From assembly GCA_044220955.1 (NCBI GenBank), contig JBGAQA010000037.1:1-62418 (forward strand): a DNA stretch of 62,418 nt. The letters run 5' to 3'. Shown piece by piece: positions 9,659 through 19,944 of the stretch; within the stretch, counting starts at the first letter, position 1; every line of letters starts with the position of its first letter. The notes below the pieces were generated by a model. The model did no database searches, was not told the origin of the DNA, and was given only the letters and a program-made list of their open reading frames with translations. Both the position numbers and the translations under genes were made by a program. This DNA is from Sandaracinaceae bacterium (lineage in GTDB: Bacteria; Myxococcota_A; Polyangia; Polyangiales; Sandaracinaceae).

Positions 9659-10151
9659 GTGGACGCCGATCGCCCTGGGGGTCGCCGCGGCCTTGCTGGT
9701 CGCTTGGGTCGTGTTCGCGGGCATCGCGCCGATGCTCCGCCGGCGGCGCGACACGGCCCCCGCGCGGGCCAGGATGTCCCGCGCGATCGCGGAAGGAAGC
9801 GACGCCAGGCGGAGCGCAGAGGAGCGCGCCCGGGCGTTCACGGCGGCTGCCAAGACGGCGCTCGAGGACCTGCGGCGGCCACGCCTCGCGGCGCGCTATG
9901 CCGAGTGGGCGCACCGGCTCGCGCCATCGGACCCGGCCATCATCGGACTCACCGTGACGTCCTTGACGGCCTCGCGCCGCTATCACGCGCTCGAGCGGCT
10001 CCTCTGGACGAGCCTGGCTGCGGCCGGCGACGGCGCGCGCACCTCGCCGGCGCTCCGGGCGCTCGAGACTCTCTACGAGAAGCACCTCGCGCGGCCTGAT
10101 CGCGCCCGGGCGCTCCGTCAGCTCGCGTCGAGCGAGCCGACGTCGAGCTGA
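9648..10151 (+). CDS. Hypothetical membrane-anchored helical protein
   Basis: N-terminal TM segment; overlaps the nth end; GC3-rich frame. Confidence 0.7.
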   Translation: MEPEWTPIALGVAAALLVAWVVFAGIAPMLRRRRDTAPARARMSRAIAEGSDARRSAEERARAFTAAAKTALEDLRRPRLAARYAEWAHRLAPSDPAIIGLTVTSLTASRRYHALERLLWTSLAAAGDGARTSPALRALETLYEKHLARPDRARALRQLASSEPTSS

Positions 10152-10154
10152 CGA

Positions 10155-10910
10155 TCAAGGCGAGCCCGCGCGCCGCCGCATGATGAACGGCGCGTGTACC
10201 TGGTCGTCCTTGTAGTCGAGGCAGAGCGCGTACATCGCGAGGTTCACGCCGAGGCGGATCGCCAGCTCGCGCTGCGTATCCCCTCCGGGCTCCACCGGGT
10301 ACTCCCAGTTGCCGAGGTTGTCGCGCGCCCAGGCGCCCCCCAGATCGTGCCGGCTGTAGATCAGGGCGACGCGGTCTCCGAGCGTGATGCCCTCGAGGTG
10401 CTCCGGTCCCTGCACGCGGCCCACGGGGCGGTCCAGCAGGTAGTACGTGCGGTAGATCGTGTGGTCCCGCGGCAGCTCGGTGAGCGGGTGGGAGGCCAGC
10501 GCACGAGAGAGCTCGCGACGGACCGACGCGTCGAACCCGTCGTCGGCCGGCGAGGCGTCGTCGACCAGCACGAACCCCCCGAAGGTGAGGAAGCGCCGCA
10601 GGCCCGTGACCTCCGCTTCGCCCAGCGGCGGGAACGCCGTGTCGCCCGTCCAGTAGAGGAACGGCGTCTCGAAGATGGCGGGATCGTCGAGGCGAGCGGC
10701 GGAGGGCGTCAGGAGCGGCTCGATGCTCGTGCGCTTGCGCAGCTCCCACGCGAGCCTGCGCGGCGCGGTCTCGCGCGGCGTCGGGTGGCCCCCGTCGTAG
10801 AGGACGGTGCGGACGTCGAAGAGGGACGTCTCGCCGAGCGCGCGCGCCGCCCGAGGCGCGAGCGCCGCGAAGAAGAGGGCGGTCGAGAGCGTGAGCGCGA
10901 GCCGGGACAT
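10155..10910 (-). CDS. DUF4159-domain secreted protein
   Basis: Signal peptide; PFLYWTG...LRRFLTFGGFVLVDD...HDLGGAW...LGVNLAMYALCLDYKDDQVH. Confidence 0.85.
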   Translation of the reverse strand: MSRLALTLSTALFFAALAPRAARALGETSLFDVRTVLYDGGHPTPRETAPRRLAWELRKRTSIEPLLTPSAARLDDPAIFETPFLYWTGDTAFPPLGEAEVTGLRRFLTFGGFVLVDDASPADDGFDASVRRELSRALASHPLTELPRDHTIYRTYYLLDRPVGRVQGPEHLEGITLGDRVALIYSRHDLGGAWARDNLGNWEYPVEPGGDTQRELAIRLGVNLAMYALCLDYKDDQVHAPFIMRRRAGSP

Positions 10911-10975
10911 GGCGGCGGTGAGACTCTATCGCGAGACCGCGGGCGCGACACGCCGGGCCGTGCGATCGTGGACGC

Positions 10976-12163
10976 GTGTCGCGCCAGGTTCGCCCCTACA
11001 TCGCAGGCGCTCTGATCGTGCTCGGGCTGGGGCTCTTCTTGGCGCGCGGGCAGAACCTGGAGCACGAGCGCGAGCGAGCCCACGATCGCGCGGACGAGCG
11101 GACGCGAGAGCACGTCCGGGACGACGCGCGCGCGGCGGAGCAGGTGCGCGAGGACGATGCGCGCGGGCGGGCCGATCGCGATCGCGCCCGCGGCGATCCC
11201 CCGCTGGTCCGCGGTCAGCGCGAGATGATGAGCACCATCTACCAGATGACGATCGTCTCGGACGACGAGCCGGCCGCGCACGCGGCGATGGAGGCTGCGT
11301 TCGACGAGATCGATCGCCTGGAGAACGTCCTGAGCGAGTGGCGCGAGGGGACGGAGATCTCGCGCATCAACGCGGCGGCGGGGCACGACGGGGTGGTGGT
11401 CGGAGAGGACACGATGAGGGTGGTCCGCGCCGGCCTCGAGGTCTCGGAGTGGAGCGACGGCGCCTTCGATCTCTCCTGGGCCGCGCTGCGCGGGATGTAC
11501 CTGTTCCAGCGCGGCGAGGAGCGTGTGCCGACCGACGAGGAGATCGCGGCGCGCCTTCCGCTCGTGAACTGGCGCGACATCGAGGTGGACCCGGCGGCGC
11601 ACACGGTGCGGCTGCGGCGCGAGGGCATGGCGATCGGCACCGGCGGGATCGCGAAGGGCTACGCGCTCGATCGCGCTCGCGATCTCCTGCTCGCACGTGG
11701 CTTCACCGAGTTCATGATCTTCGGCGGCGGGCAGGTCACCGTTCACGGCCAGCGTGGCGACCGCCCGTGGCGCGTGGGGATCCAGCATCCCCGGCGGAGC
11801 GACTACATCGGGTTCTTCGAGACCGACGGTGGCTCGATCGCGACGAGCGGTGACTACGAGCACTACTTCGTCGACGAGAGCGGGCGCCGCTGGCACCACA
11901 TCATCGACCTCACGACGGGCCGGCCTGCGACGCGCTCGGTCCAGGTCAGCATCCTCACGGAGCAAGGCATCTACGCCGACGCGATGACGAAGCCCTGCTT
12001 CGTCTGGGGACCGGAGCGCTGCATCGCGTGGCTCAGGGATCGCCCTGGCCATCCCGAAGCGGTCATCGTCGACTCCGACATGCGCGTGTGGATGACGCCC
12101 GGTGCCCGCGAGCGCGTGCGCATGCACGTCGAGCTCGACGCCGGAGACCACCTCCCCCTCTAG
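10976..12163 (+). CDS. apbE: FAD:protein FMN transferase
   Basis: EISRIN, SDGAFDLS, GGIAKGYALD, PWRVGIQHPR, IATSGDYE, HHIIDLTTGRP, ADAMTK; N-terminal TM. Confidence 0.93.
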   Translation: MSRQVRPYIAGALIVLGLGLFLARGQNLEHERERAHDRADERTREHVRDDARAAEQVREDDARGRADRDRARGDPPLVRGQREMMSTIYQMTIVSDDEPAAHAAMEAAFDEIDRLENVLSEWREGTEISRINAAAGHDGVVVGEDTMRVVRAGLEVSEWSDGAFDLSWAALRGMYLFQRGEERVPTDEEIAARLPLVNWRDIEVDPAAHTVRLRREGMAIGTGGIAKGYALDRARDLLLARGFTEFMIFGGGQVTVHGQRGDRPWRVGIQHPRRSDYIGFFETDGGSIATSGDYEHYFVDESGRRWHHIIDLTTGRPATRSVQVSILTEQGIYADAMTKPCFVWGPERCIAWLRDRPGHPEAVIVDSDMRVWMTPGARERVRMHVELDAGDHLPL

Positions 12164-12325
12164 GGGTCACTCCACAGCCCCGCAAGCATGCGAAAACACT
12201 GCGCTCTGGCGGCCAAGTGCGCGATTCGTCGCGATCCCCACGTTTCGTGGGCGATCCGACGAATCGCGCACCTTACCGCCAGATCGATGTGAATTCGATA
12301 GGTTGAGACCCTGTGGAGTGACCCC
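12163..12325. repeat. 163-bp palindromic element with 15-bp terminal inverted repeats (REP/MITE-like)
   Basis: GGGGTCACTCCACAG (12163-12177) / CTGTGGAGTGACCCC (12311-12325); inner arms GTGCGCGATTCGTCG / CGACGAATCGCGCAC; apex CCCACG-TTT-CGTGGG. Confidence 0.85.
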
Positions 12326-12326
12326 G

Positions 12327-12640
12327 TCAGTGGAGGTGGGGGGGATCGATGGTGAGCCAGACCTCTCGCGACCGGCCGCAGCGCTTGCACCGGGCGTCGA
12401 CCACGCGGCGCGGGTGGCCGGCGACCATGCGCGCGGCGTGCTCGTGGACGCGCAGCTCGCCGTCGCAGCGCGGGCAGCGGAGCGACTCCACGCGGAGCTC
12501 GACCTGCGAGGCGCTCTCGACGCGGATGGGACACTCCGCGCTGCCGCCCGGCTCGAGGCGCGCGAGCTTCTCCCGCGCCTCGGCGAGCTTGCCGGCGTCG
12601 CGCACCGCCTCGCGGCGAAGCGTGCGGTCTCGCTTCTTGC

Positions 12641-12644
<4 letters not shown>
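12327..12644 (-). CDS. Small putative zinc-ribbon protein
   Basis: CPRC and CKRC pairs; ATGA coupling to the upstream thioredoxin-domain gene. Confidence 0.75.
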
Positions 12645-14677
<2,033 letters not shown>

Positions 14678-14731
14678 GGCGCGCATCATCGGGCCGGCGA
14701 CGACGGAGCGGAAGCCTCTCGGGGCGCCGGC

Positions 14732-15730
14732 TCAGCGGGGAAGCGCGCGGAGGCGCACCTCCACGCGCGTCCCGGCGCCCGGCTCGGCTCCGAGCGAGAT
14801 CTCACCGCCGAGGCCGCGCACGAGGCTGCGCGCGATCGCCAGACCGAGCCCCGTGCCGCGTCCGTCGTGCTTGGTCGTGAAGTACGGCTCGAAGACGTGC
14901 GGGAGGTCGCGCTCTGCGATGCCGGTGCCGGTGTCGACGACCGCGATCACGACCCAGGGCGCCTCGTCGCGCGTCTCGATGCGCACCGAGCGGGGCTCGG
15001 GCCGTCCCTCCACGGCGTGGGCGGCGTTCACGAGGACGTTCACGAGCACCTGTACGAGGCGGACGCGCTCGGCCGACACGGGGGCGTCGGTGCCGAACCC
15101 GAGCGCGACCTCGGCGTCGGCTTCCATCAGCGCCGGCGAGGCGAGGCGCAGGGCCGTGTCGACGATCTCCGCGACGTCGGTCGCGCGCCGGCGGGGCTCG
15201 CAGACGGCAGCGCCACGGAAGTCGTCGAACAGGCGGCGCAGCTGCTCGACGCCGACACGGGCACACTCGAGCGCGTCGGCCCGCGCCTCGGCGTCGTCGG
15301 TCCCGAGCGCATCGAGCGCGAAGCCCACCGCGTTCAGCGGCGTCGCGAGCTCGTGCAGGATCCCGGCCGAGAGCGCGCCGTGCACGAGGAGGCGCTCCGT
15401 CGCGCGAGCGCTCGCCTGCGCCCGCTCGTCGACGGCGCGCACGATCAGGAAGTCGAGGCCCTCGCCATCCCCTCCGAGCGCCTCCCACGCGACCTGCACG
15501 GCCAGGGCGCTCCCGTCGGCCCGCGCCAGCGTGCGCCGCTCGCCGCCGGGGGGCGCGTCCGGCATGACGCGCGCGAGCGGCTGCCCACACAGCTCGCCCG
15601 CGCTCGAGCCGGCGAGGCGTTCGAAGGCGACGTTCGACCACACGATCCGACCGGCGCGGTCGACCACGAGCCAGCCATCGGGCGCGCGAGCGACGAGCTG
15701 GCGCAGCAGAGCCTGGTCGAGATCCCCCAT
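14732..15730 (-). CDS. Cytoplasmic PAS-domain sensor histidine kinase (no receiver domain)
   Basis: PAS-like N-terminus; H box LHELATPL, N box QVLVNVLVNA, DTGTGI, FEPYFTTK, GTGLGL. Confidence 0.88.
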   Translation of the reverse strand: MGDLDQALLRQLVARAPDGWLVVDRAGRIVWSNVAFERLAGSSAGELCGQPLARVMPDAPPGGERRTLARADGSALAVQVAWEALGGDGEGLDFLIVRAVDERAQASARATERLLVHGALSAGILHELATPLNAVGFALDALGTDDAEARADALECARVGVEQLRRLFDDFRGAAVCEPRRRATDVAEIVDTALRLASPALMEADAEVALGFGTDAPVSAERVRLVQVLVNVLVNAAHAVEGRPEPRSVRIETRDEAPWVVIAVVDTGTGIAERDLPHVFEPYFTTKHDGRGTGLGLAIARSLVRGLGGEISLGAEPGAGTRVEVRLRALPR

Positions 15731-15766
15731 GCGAGCGCACGCTCGCACGCGCCCGGTCGGCTAGGC

Positions 15767-15786
15767 ACCTGTCGCAATCGACAGGT
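15767..15786. promoter_or_regulatory. lux-box-like 20-bp palindrome
   Basis: ACCTGTCG-CAAT-CGACAGGT; same length and ACCTGT/ACAGGT arms as the V. fischeri lux box; centred at -43.5 relative to GTG 15820, with TAGCTT -10 at 15808-15813. Confidence 0.72.
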
Positions 15787-15819
15787 TTCAAGCGCGAGCC
15801 CGGTACGTAGCTTGCGCCG

Positions 15820-16395
15820 GTGGCCCGGAGCTCCTCGCCCATGCGCTTCACGATCGAGACGGGGGAGCGCTTCGGCCGCCTCGTCTCGATGGGCGACAGG
15901 CTGCGACCCTCGCGCTCGCGCCAGACGTGCTTCGAGCGCTTCTACCAGCGGGACGCGCCCTGCGAGCGCTGCCCGCTGCGCGAGACGCCGCGCAGCGGCG
16001 TGTTCGTCACGCAGCCCGCGGAGGGTGAGGGCGCGCCCATGCTGATGCTCGTCGCCGAGCGGGGGAGCCGCGCCGACGTGATGGTGGTCGAGCTCGACGC
16101 CGCGGTCAGCCATGACGTCTGTCGCGGGTGGATCGCCCGGCTCGAGCGGGAGAACGACCTCTCGGCCCAGGAGCGCAACGTGCTCGAGCTGCTCTTGCTC
16201 GGCCGCACTCACCGGGACATCGGCGTCGTCATGGGGATCTCGACGCGCACGGTGCGCTTCCACCAGTCGAACCTGCTCGAGAAGCTGGGCGCCGAGACGC
16301 GCGCGGACCTCTTGCGCCTGCTCATCGGCGCCGACATGCCCGCGCGCCCGAAGGCGAGAGCGACGACGCGGCGACGACGCGAAGCACGCGCCTGA
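15820..16395 (+). CDS. LuxR-type HTH transcriptional regulator with an N-terminal Cys motif
   Basis: LSAQERNVLELLLLGRTHRDIGVVMGISTRTVRFHQSNLLEKLG; N-terminal CFERFYQRDAPCERCP; alternative start ATG 15841. Confidence 0.88.
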   Translation: MARSSSPMRFTIETGERFGRLVSMGDRLRPSRSRQTCFERFYQRDAPCERCPLRETPRSGVFVTQPAEGEGAPMLMLVAERGSRADVMVVELDAAVSHDVCRGWIARLERENDLSAQERNVLELLLLGRTHRDIGVVMGISTRTVRFHQSNLLEKLGAETRADLLRLLIGADMPARPKARATTRRRREARA

Positions 16396-16424
16396 CGCTC
16401 GGGACCAGCGGGAGCGCCGGCCCA

Positions 16425-16458
16425 CGGCGGGGCCGACGCCATCGTGTCGGCCCCGCCG
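16425..16458. terminator. Strong hairpin between convergent genes (putative bidirectional terminator)
   Basis: CGGCGGGGCCGAC / GTCGGCCCCGCCG 13-bp perfect stem; no U tract. Confidence 0.55.
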
Positions 16459-16472
16459 AGCGCTCCGGCGGA

Positions 16473-17321
16473 TCACTGACCGAGGCCGTGGAGGCGATCC
16501 TCCACGCGCTGGATCGCCGCGGGGTCGCGCTCGCCCAAGAGGACCTCGTAGCGGCGATAGACGCGGACCGCGTCGTCCTGACGGCCGAGCTGCTCGTAGC
16601 AGTAGCCGAGATCGAAGAGCGGGCCGGGATCCGCGGGCGCGGGCAAGAGAGCCATCCAGTGCTCGTAGCGCGCCGCCGCCTCGGCCCAGCGCTGCGCCGC
16701 GCGGTAGGCGATCGCGAGGTTGAGGTTGACGTTCGCGTCGTCGGGCAGGTGCACGAGAGCCCCCTCGAGCGCCGCGATCGCCTCCTCGGGACGGCCCGCC
16801 TGACGCAGCGCGACCGCGTAGTTGTTGAGCAGCTCGGCGTCGTCCGGGTTCGCCTCGACCGCGTGCTCGTAGACGATCGCCGCCTCGTCCACCTGGCCGA
16901 GGTGACGAAGCGCGGCGCCCAGGTTTCCCCAGCTCGCGACGTCGGTCCCCGAGAGCGCGACGGCGCGGCGCAGCTCCGGCACCGCGTCTTGATAGCGGGC
17001 GAGCCGCACGAGCATCGCGCCGGCCATGGCGTGACCCTCCTGGCTGTTCGGCTCGAGCTCGATCACGCGCTGGAACTCCGCGAGCGCCTCCTCGTAGTGG
17101 CTCTGCTGGCGCAAGATCGCGCCGCAGGTGAAGTGGGCGGCCGCGTGGGTGGGACGGAGACGGATCGCCTCGCGCACCGCCGTGAGCGCGGCATCGAGGT
17201 GACCGGCGCGCCGCTCGGTGACGGCGAGCCGGTACTGCGCCTCCGCGTCCTGGGCCCGGCCGAGCGTGGGCAGGGCGAGCGCGAGGGCCAGGACGAGAAC
17301 CGCGTTCGAGAGCCAGCGCAT
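16473..17321 (-). CDS. Secreted tetratricopeptide-repeat protein
   Basis: Signal peptide MRWLSNAVLVLALALALP; repeated A..NLG.AL...G..DEA....AVE.NP units; SD AGGAG. Confidence 0.9.
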   Translation of the reverse strand: MRWLSNAVLVLALALALPTLGRAQDAEAQYRLAVTERRAGHLDAALTAVREAIRLRPTHAAAHFTCGAILRQQSHYEEALAEFQRVIELEPNSQEGHAMAGAMLVRLARYQDAVPELRRAVALSGTDVASWGNLGAALRHLGQVDEAAIVYEHAVEANPDDAELLNNYAVALRQAGRPEEAIAALEGALVHLPDDANVNLNLAIAYRAAQRWAEAAARYEHWMALLPAPADPGPLFDLGYCYEQLGRQDDAVRVYRRYEVLLGERDPAAIQRVEDRLHGLGQ

Positions 17322-17407
17322 GAGTGCTCCTGGGCCGCTTGGACGCCGGCCGGCCGGACCGATTCTACATGCCCCGGCCCGCACCGCACCGGAGCGCCGA
17401 CGCGCGA

Positions 17408-18526
17408 TCAGAGCGCGCCCTCTTGCACGGGCAGGCCCAAGAGCGCGCGCCCGCACATCGTGTAGGTGGTCTCGCTGACCATCAGGTGCTGCGTCGCGAC
17501 GTGCGCGTCGCGGTGCCAGCGCGCGAAGGGCTGCGCCTCGTGGACGCTCGCGCTTCCGGCGAGCCGCTGCACGGCGTCCACCGCCGCGATCGCACACTCG
17601 GTCCCCTGGCTGGCGGCCAGGCGAAGCGCCGCACGGTCGGTGAGCGAGAGCGGCTCGTGTCCGCGGGCGCGCTCGAAGACCTCGTCGACGGTCGAGTAGA
17701 CCAGGGCACGCCCGGCGCGGAGCGAGCCCTCGGCGCGGGCGAGGCCGGTCTGGACCGTCTCGCGCTCGGCGAGCGTCCGCGACGCGCCCGCCTGCTTCTT
17801 CGCCTGCACGAGCGGGACGAGCGCGTCGAGCGCGGCCCGGCCGATGCCGAGCGTGACCGATGCGATCGCGAGCGAGAGCAGGCCGAACACCGGAAAGCGG
17901 AAGAGCGCGCCCGTCTCGCGCGCCGGGCCCGAGAGCGAGAGAACGAACGGCTCCGGGACGAGGACGGCGTCCAGCACGAGATCGTGGCTGCCCGTTCCGC
18001 GTAGACCCGCGGCCTCCCAGGTGTCGACGATCCGCGTGTCCGAGGCGCGCACCAGGGCCTGGAGCATCGCTCCGTCGTCCTGCACGAACCCGACGAGCCG
18101 CCACGCGCTGTGATCGCAGCCGCTCGCGAACGACCAGCGTCCGCTCACCCGCACGCCGCCGGCCTCGCGTACGCCCTTGCCGGTCGGCGCGAACACGCCG
18201 CAGGCCGCCTGCATGGGGTCGGCGAACACCTCGCGCGCGCCCTCGAGCGGGAGGTAGCCCGCGGCGAGGCTCGTGGTCGCGCCGATGCCCACGCACCAGC
18301 CGGACGCGGCGTCGCCGATCGAGACCGCCTCGATCGCCTCGAGGATCTCGCGCGGCGTGTGCTCCGGGCCACCGATCGACCGCGGCACGGCCATGCGGAA
18401 GAGCCCGGCGCGCGCGAGCGCGGACACCACCTCGTCGGTGAGCCGCCGCCCACGCTCGATCCGAGCGGCCTCCGCGCGCAGCAGAGGTACGAGCGCCCGC
18501 GCGCGCGTCACGATCTCGCTCGTCAT
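17408..18526 (-). CDS. Acyl-CoA dehydrogenase-fold flavin-dependent monooxygenase (HsaA-like oxygenase component)
   Basis: GLFRMAVPRSIGG, SGRWSFASGCDH, DTWEAAGLRGTGSHD, RDAHVATQH. Confidence 0.85.
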   Translation of the reverse strand: MTSEIVTRARALVPLLRAEAARIERGRRLTDEVVSALARAGLFRMAVPRSIGGPEHTPREILEAIEAVSIGDAASGWCVGIGATTSLAAGYLPLEGAREVFADPMQAACGVFAPTGKGVREAGGVRVSGRWSFASGCDHSAWRLVGFVQDDGAMLQALVRASDTRIVDTWEAAGLRGTGSHDLVLDAVLVPEPFVLSLSGPARETGALFRFPVFGLLSLAIASVTLGIGRAALDALVPLVQAKKQAGASRTLAERETVQTGLARAEGSLRAGRALVYSTVDEVFERARGHEPLSLTDRAALRLAASQGTECAIAAVDAVQRLAGSASVHEAQPFARWHRDAHVATQHLMVSETTYTMCGRALLGLPVQEGAL

Positions 18527-18591
18527 GCTCAGGACGATACCACTCGAAGACGGAACGCCCGCGGCCGCGGGTCGGGCGCTACGCTCCCGCC

Positions 18592-19284
18592 ATGACACGT
18601 GGAAGGAAGATGGGCGTCGGCTGCCTGGGCCTCGTCCTCTCGGTGATCGCCGGCCTCTCGGGCGGCTTCTTCTACGTCTCGCGTCCCGACCCGCGCTTCG
18701 CCGACGCCGTCTCGATCGAGCGCGAGAGCACCTACCAGGACGCCGCGCTGCTCGAGCGCGCGTGGGCGCTGCCGGCGGCGCGCCTGTACCGAGCGCACTT
18801 CGAGTCGCAGGGCAACGGAAGCTTCTGCGGCCCGACCAGCGTGGTCGACGTCGTCCGCTCGACGGGGGGCGAGGCCGACCAGGAGCACGTGCTCGAGGGC
18901 AGCGGGATCTCGGCCGTGTTCGGCGTCCTGCCCGGCGGGATCACGATCGATCAGCTCGCCGCCCTCGCGCGCACGCGCATGCCCGGGCGCGCCGTGACGG
19001 TGCACCGGGATCTCGCGCTCGAGGATCTGCGCGCGCTGGCCCGCCACGCGAACGACCCCGCCGTCCGCATGATCGCCAACTTCCACCGCGGCCCGCTCTT
19101 CGCGCGCGGGGGCGGGCACCACTCTCCGATCGGCGGCTACCTCGAGCCGGAGGATCTGGTGTTCGTGCTCGACGTGAACGAGACCTACCACCCGTGGCTC
19201 GCCCCGAGCGCCCGGCTGCTGGAGGCGATGAGCGTCGTCGACCCCGCGAGCGGTAGGACGCGCGGCGTCGTGTCGATCGAGTGA
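18592..19284 (+). CDS. Phytochelatin synthase family protein with N-terminal TM/signal
   Basis: Catalytic-triad motifs QGNGSFCGPTS (Cys), GGHHSPIGGY (His), VLDVN (Asp). Confidence 0.88.
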   Translation: MTRGRKMGVGCLGLVLSVIAGLSGGFFYVSRPDPRFADAVSIERESTYQDAALLERAWALPAARLYRAHFESQGNGSFCGPTSVVDVVRSTGGEADQEHVLEGSGISAVFGVLPGGITIDQLAALARTRMPGRAVTVHRDLALEDLRALARHANDPAVRMIANFHRGPLFARGGGHHSPIGGYLEPEDLVFVLDVNETYHPWLAPSARLLEAMSVVDPASGRTRGVVSIE

Positions 19285-19414
19285 AGAGCCGTCCGAAGTC
19301 GGGACCGCTCTTCTCGCGCAGCGATACGATGGGAGGCTCCATCGGGATTCACCCCCGATGGAGGGGGGCCGGGTATCGGCCCCGGCAAACCGGGCGCTGG
19401 CGTAGAATCTCCGC

Positions 19415-19780
19415 GTGGCCTCGATCACCTACCGCGTGTGCGTCCTCGAGCGTTCCGACCGCGAGCTCGTCCTCGAGCTCACCGAGGTCGATCCCTCGGT
19501 CCCGGTGACGAAGATCCGCTCGCTGCTCTTCGCGTACGCGCTCGTGCACGAGGCGCCGGGCGCGCCGGAGGCCGAGTCGGATCTCGACGCGGACTCGACC
19601 GAGCGCATCCACGCCGAGCGCATCGCGGGGGACATCGAGCTCTTCGAGCGGATCGCGCTCCACGCCGGCCCGCCCCAGCGAGCCGAGTTCCGGCTCCGCG
19701 TGCGCAAGCGGGAGATGATCGCGCACATGCCAGGCGAGCTCCGCTGGGGCTCGCGGCTCGAGGATCTCTTCGTTCGCTGA
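19415..19780 (+). CDS. Hypothetical protein
   Basis: GC3-rich frame; TAGAAT 6 nt before GTG. Confidence 0.65.
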   Translation: MASITYRVCVLERSDRELVLELTEVDPSVPVTKIRSLLFAYALVHEAPGAPEAESDLDADSTERIHAERIAGDIELFERIALHAGPPQRAEFRLRVRKREMIAHMPGELRWGSRLEDLFVR

Positions 19781-19882
19781 GCGCGATGGCCCGTGCGCAG
19801 GGCCCGCAACGTTTGCGGACCGCACGGCGCCCGTGCAGATGGATACCGCGCTGCGTCAGCTGGATTCTCGCTCGATTCCACG

Positions 19883-19897
19883 TGGATCGGGCCTTGC
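19883..19897 (+). promoter_or_regulatory. Possible sigma54 promoter of the large Cys-rich protein gene
   Basis: TGGATCGGGCCTTGC (GG-N10-GC with TTGC) about 48 nt before ATG 19945; palindrome at about 19791-19827 upstream. Confidence 0.45.
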
Positions 19898-19944
19898 CTC
19901 CGAGCTGCGGCTTCGCCGTCTCTTCTCATCTTCGAGGGGGTTCC

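Noticed and set aside
12163..12325. Integron attC site
   Set aside because: Long hairpin, but it lacks properly placed RYYYAAC/GTTRRRY boxes, and there is no integrase or cassette array.
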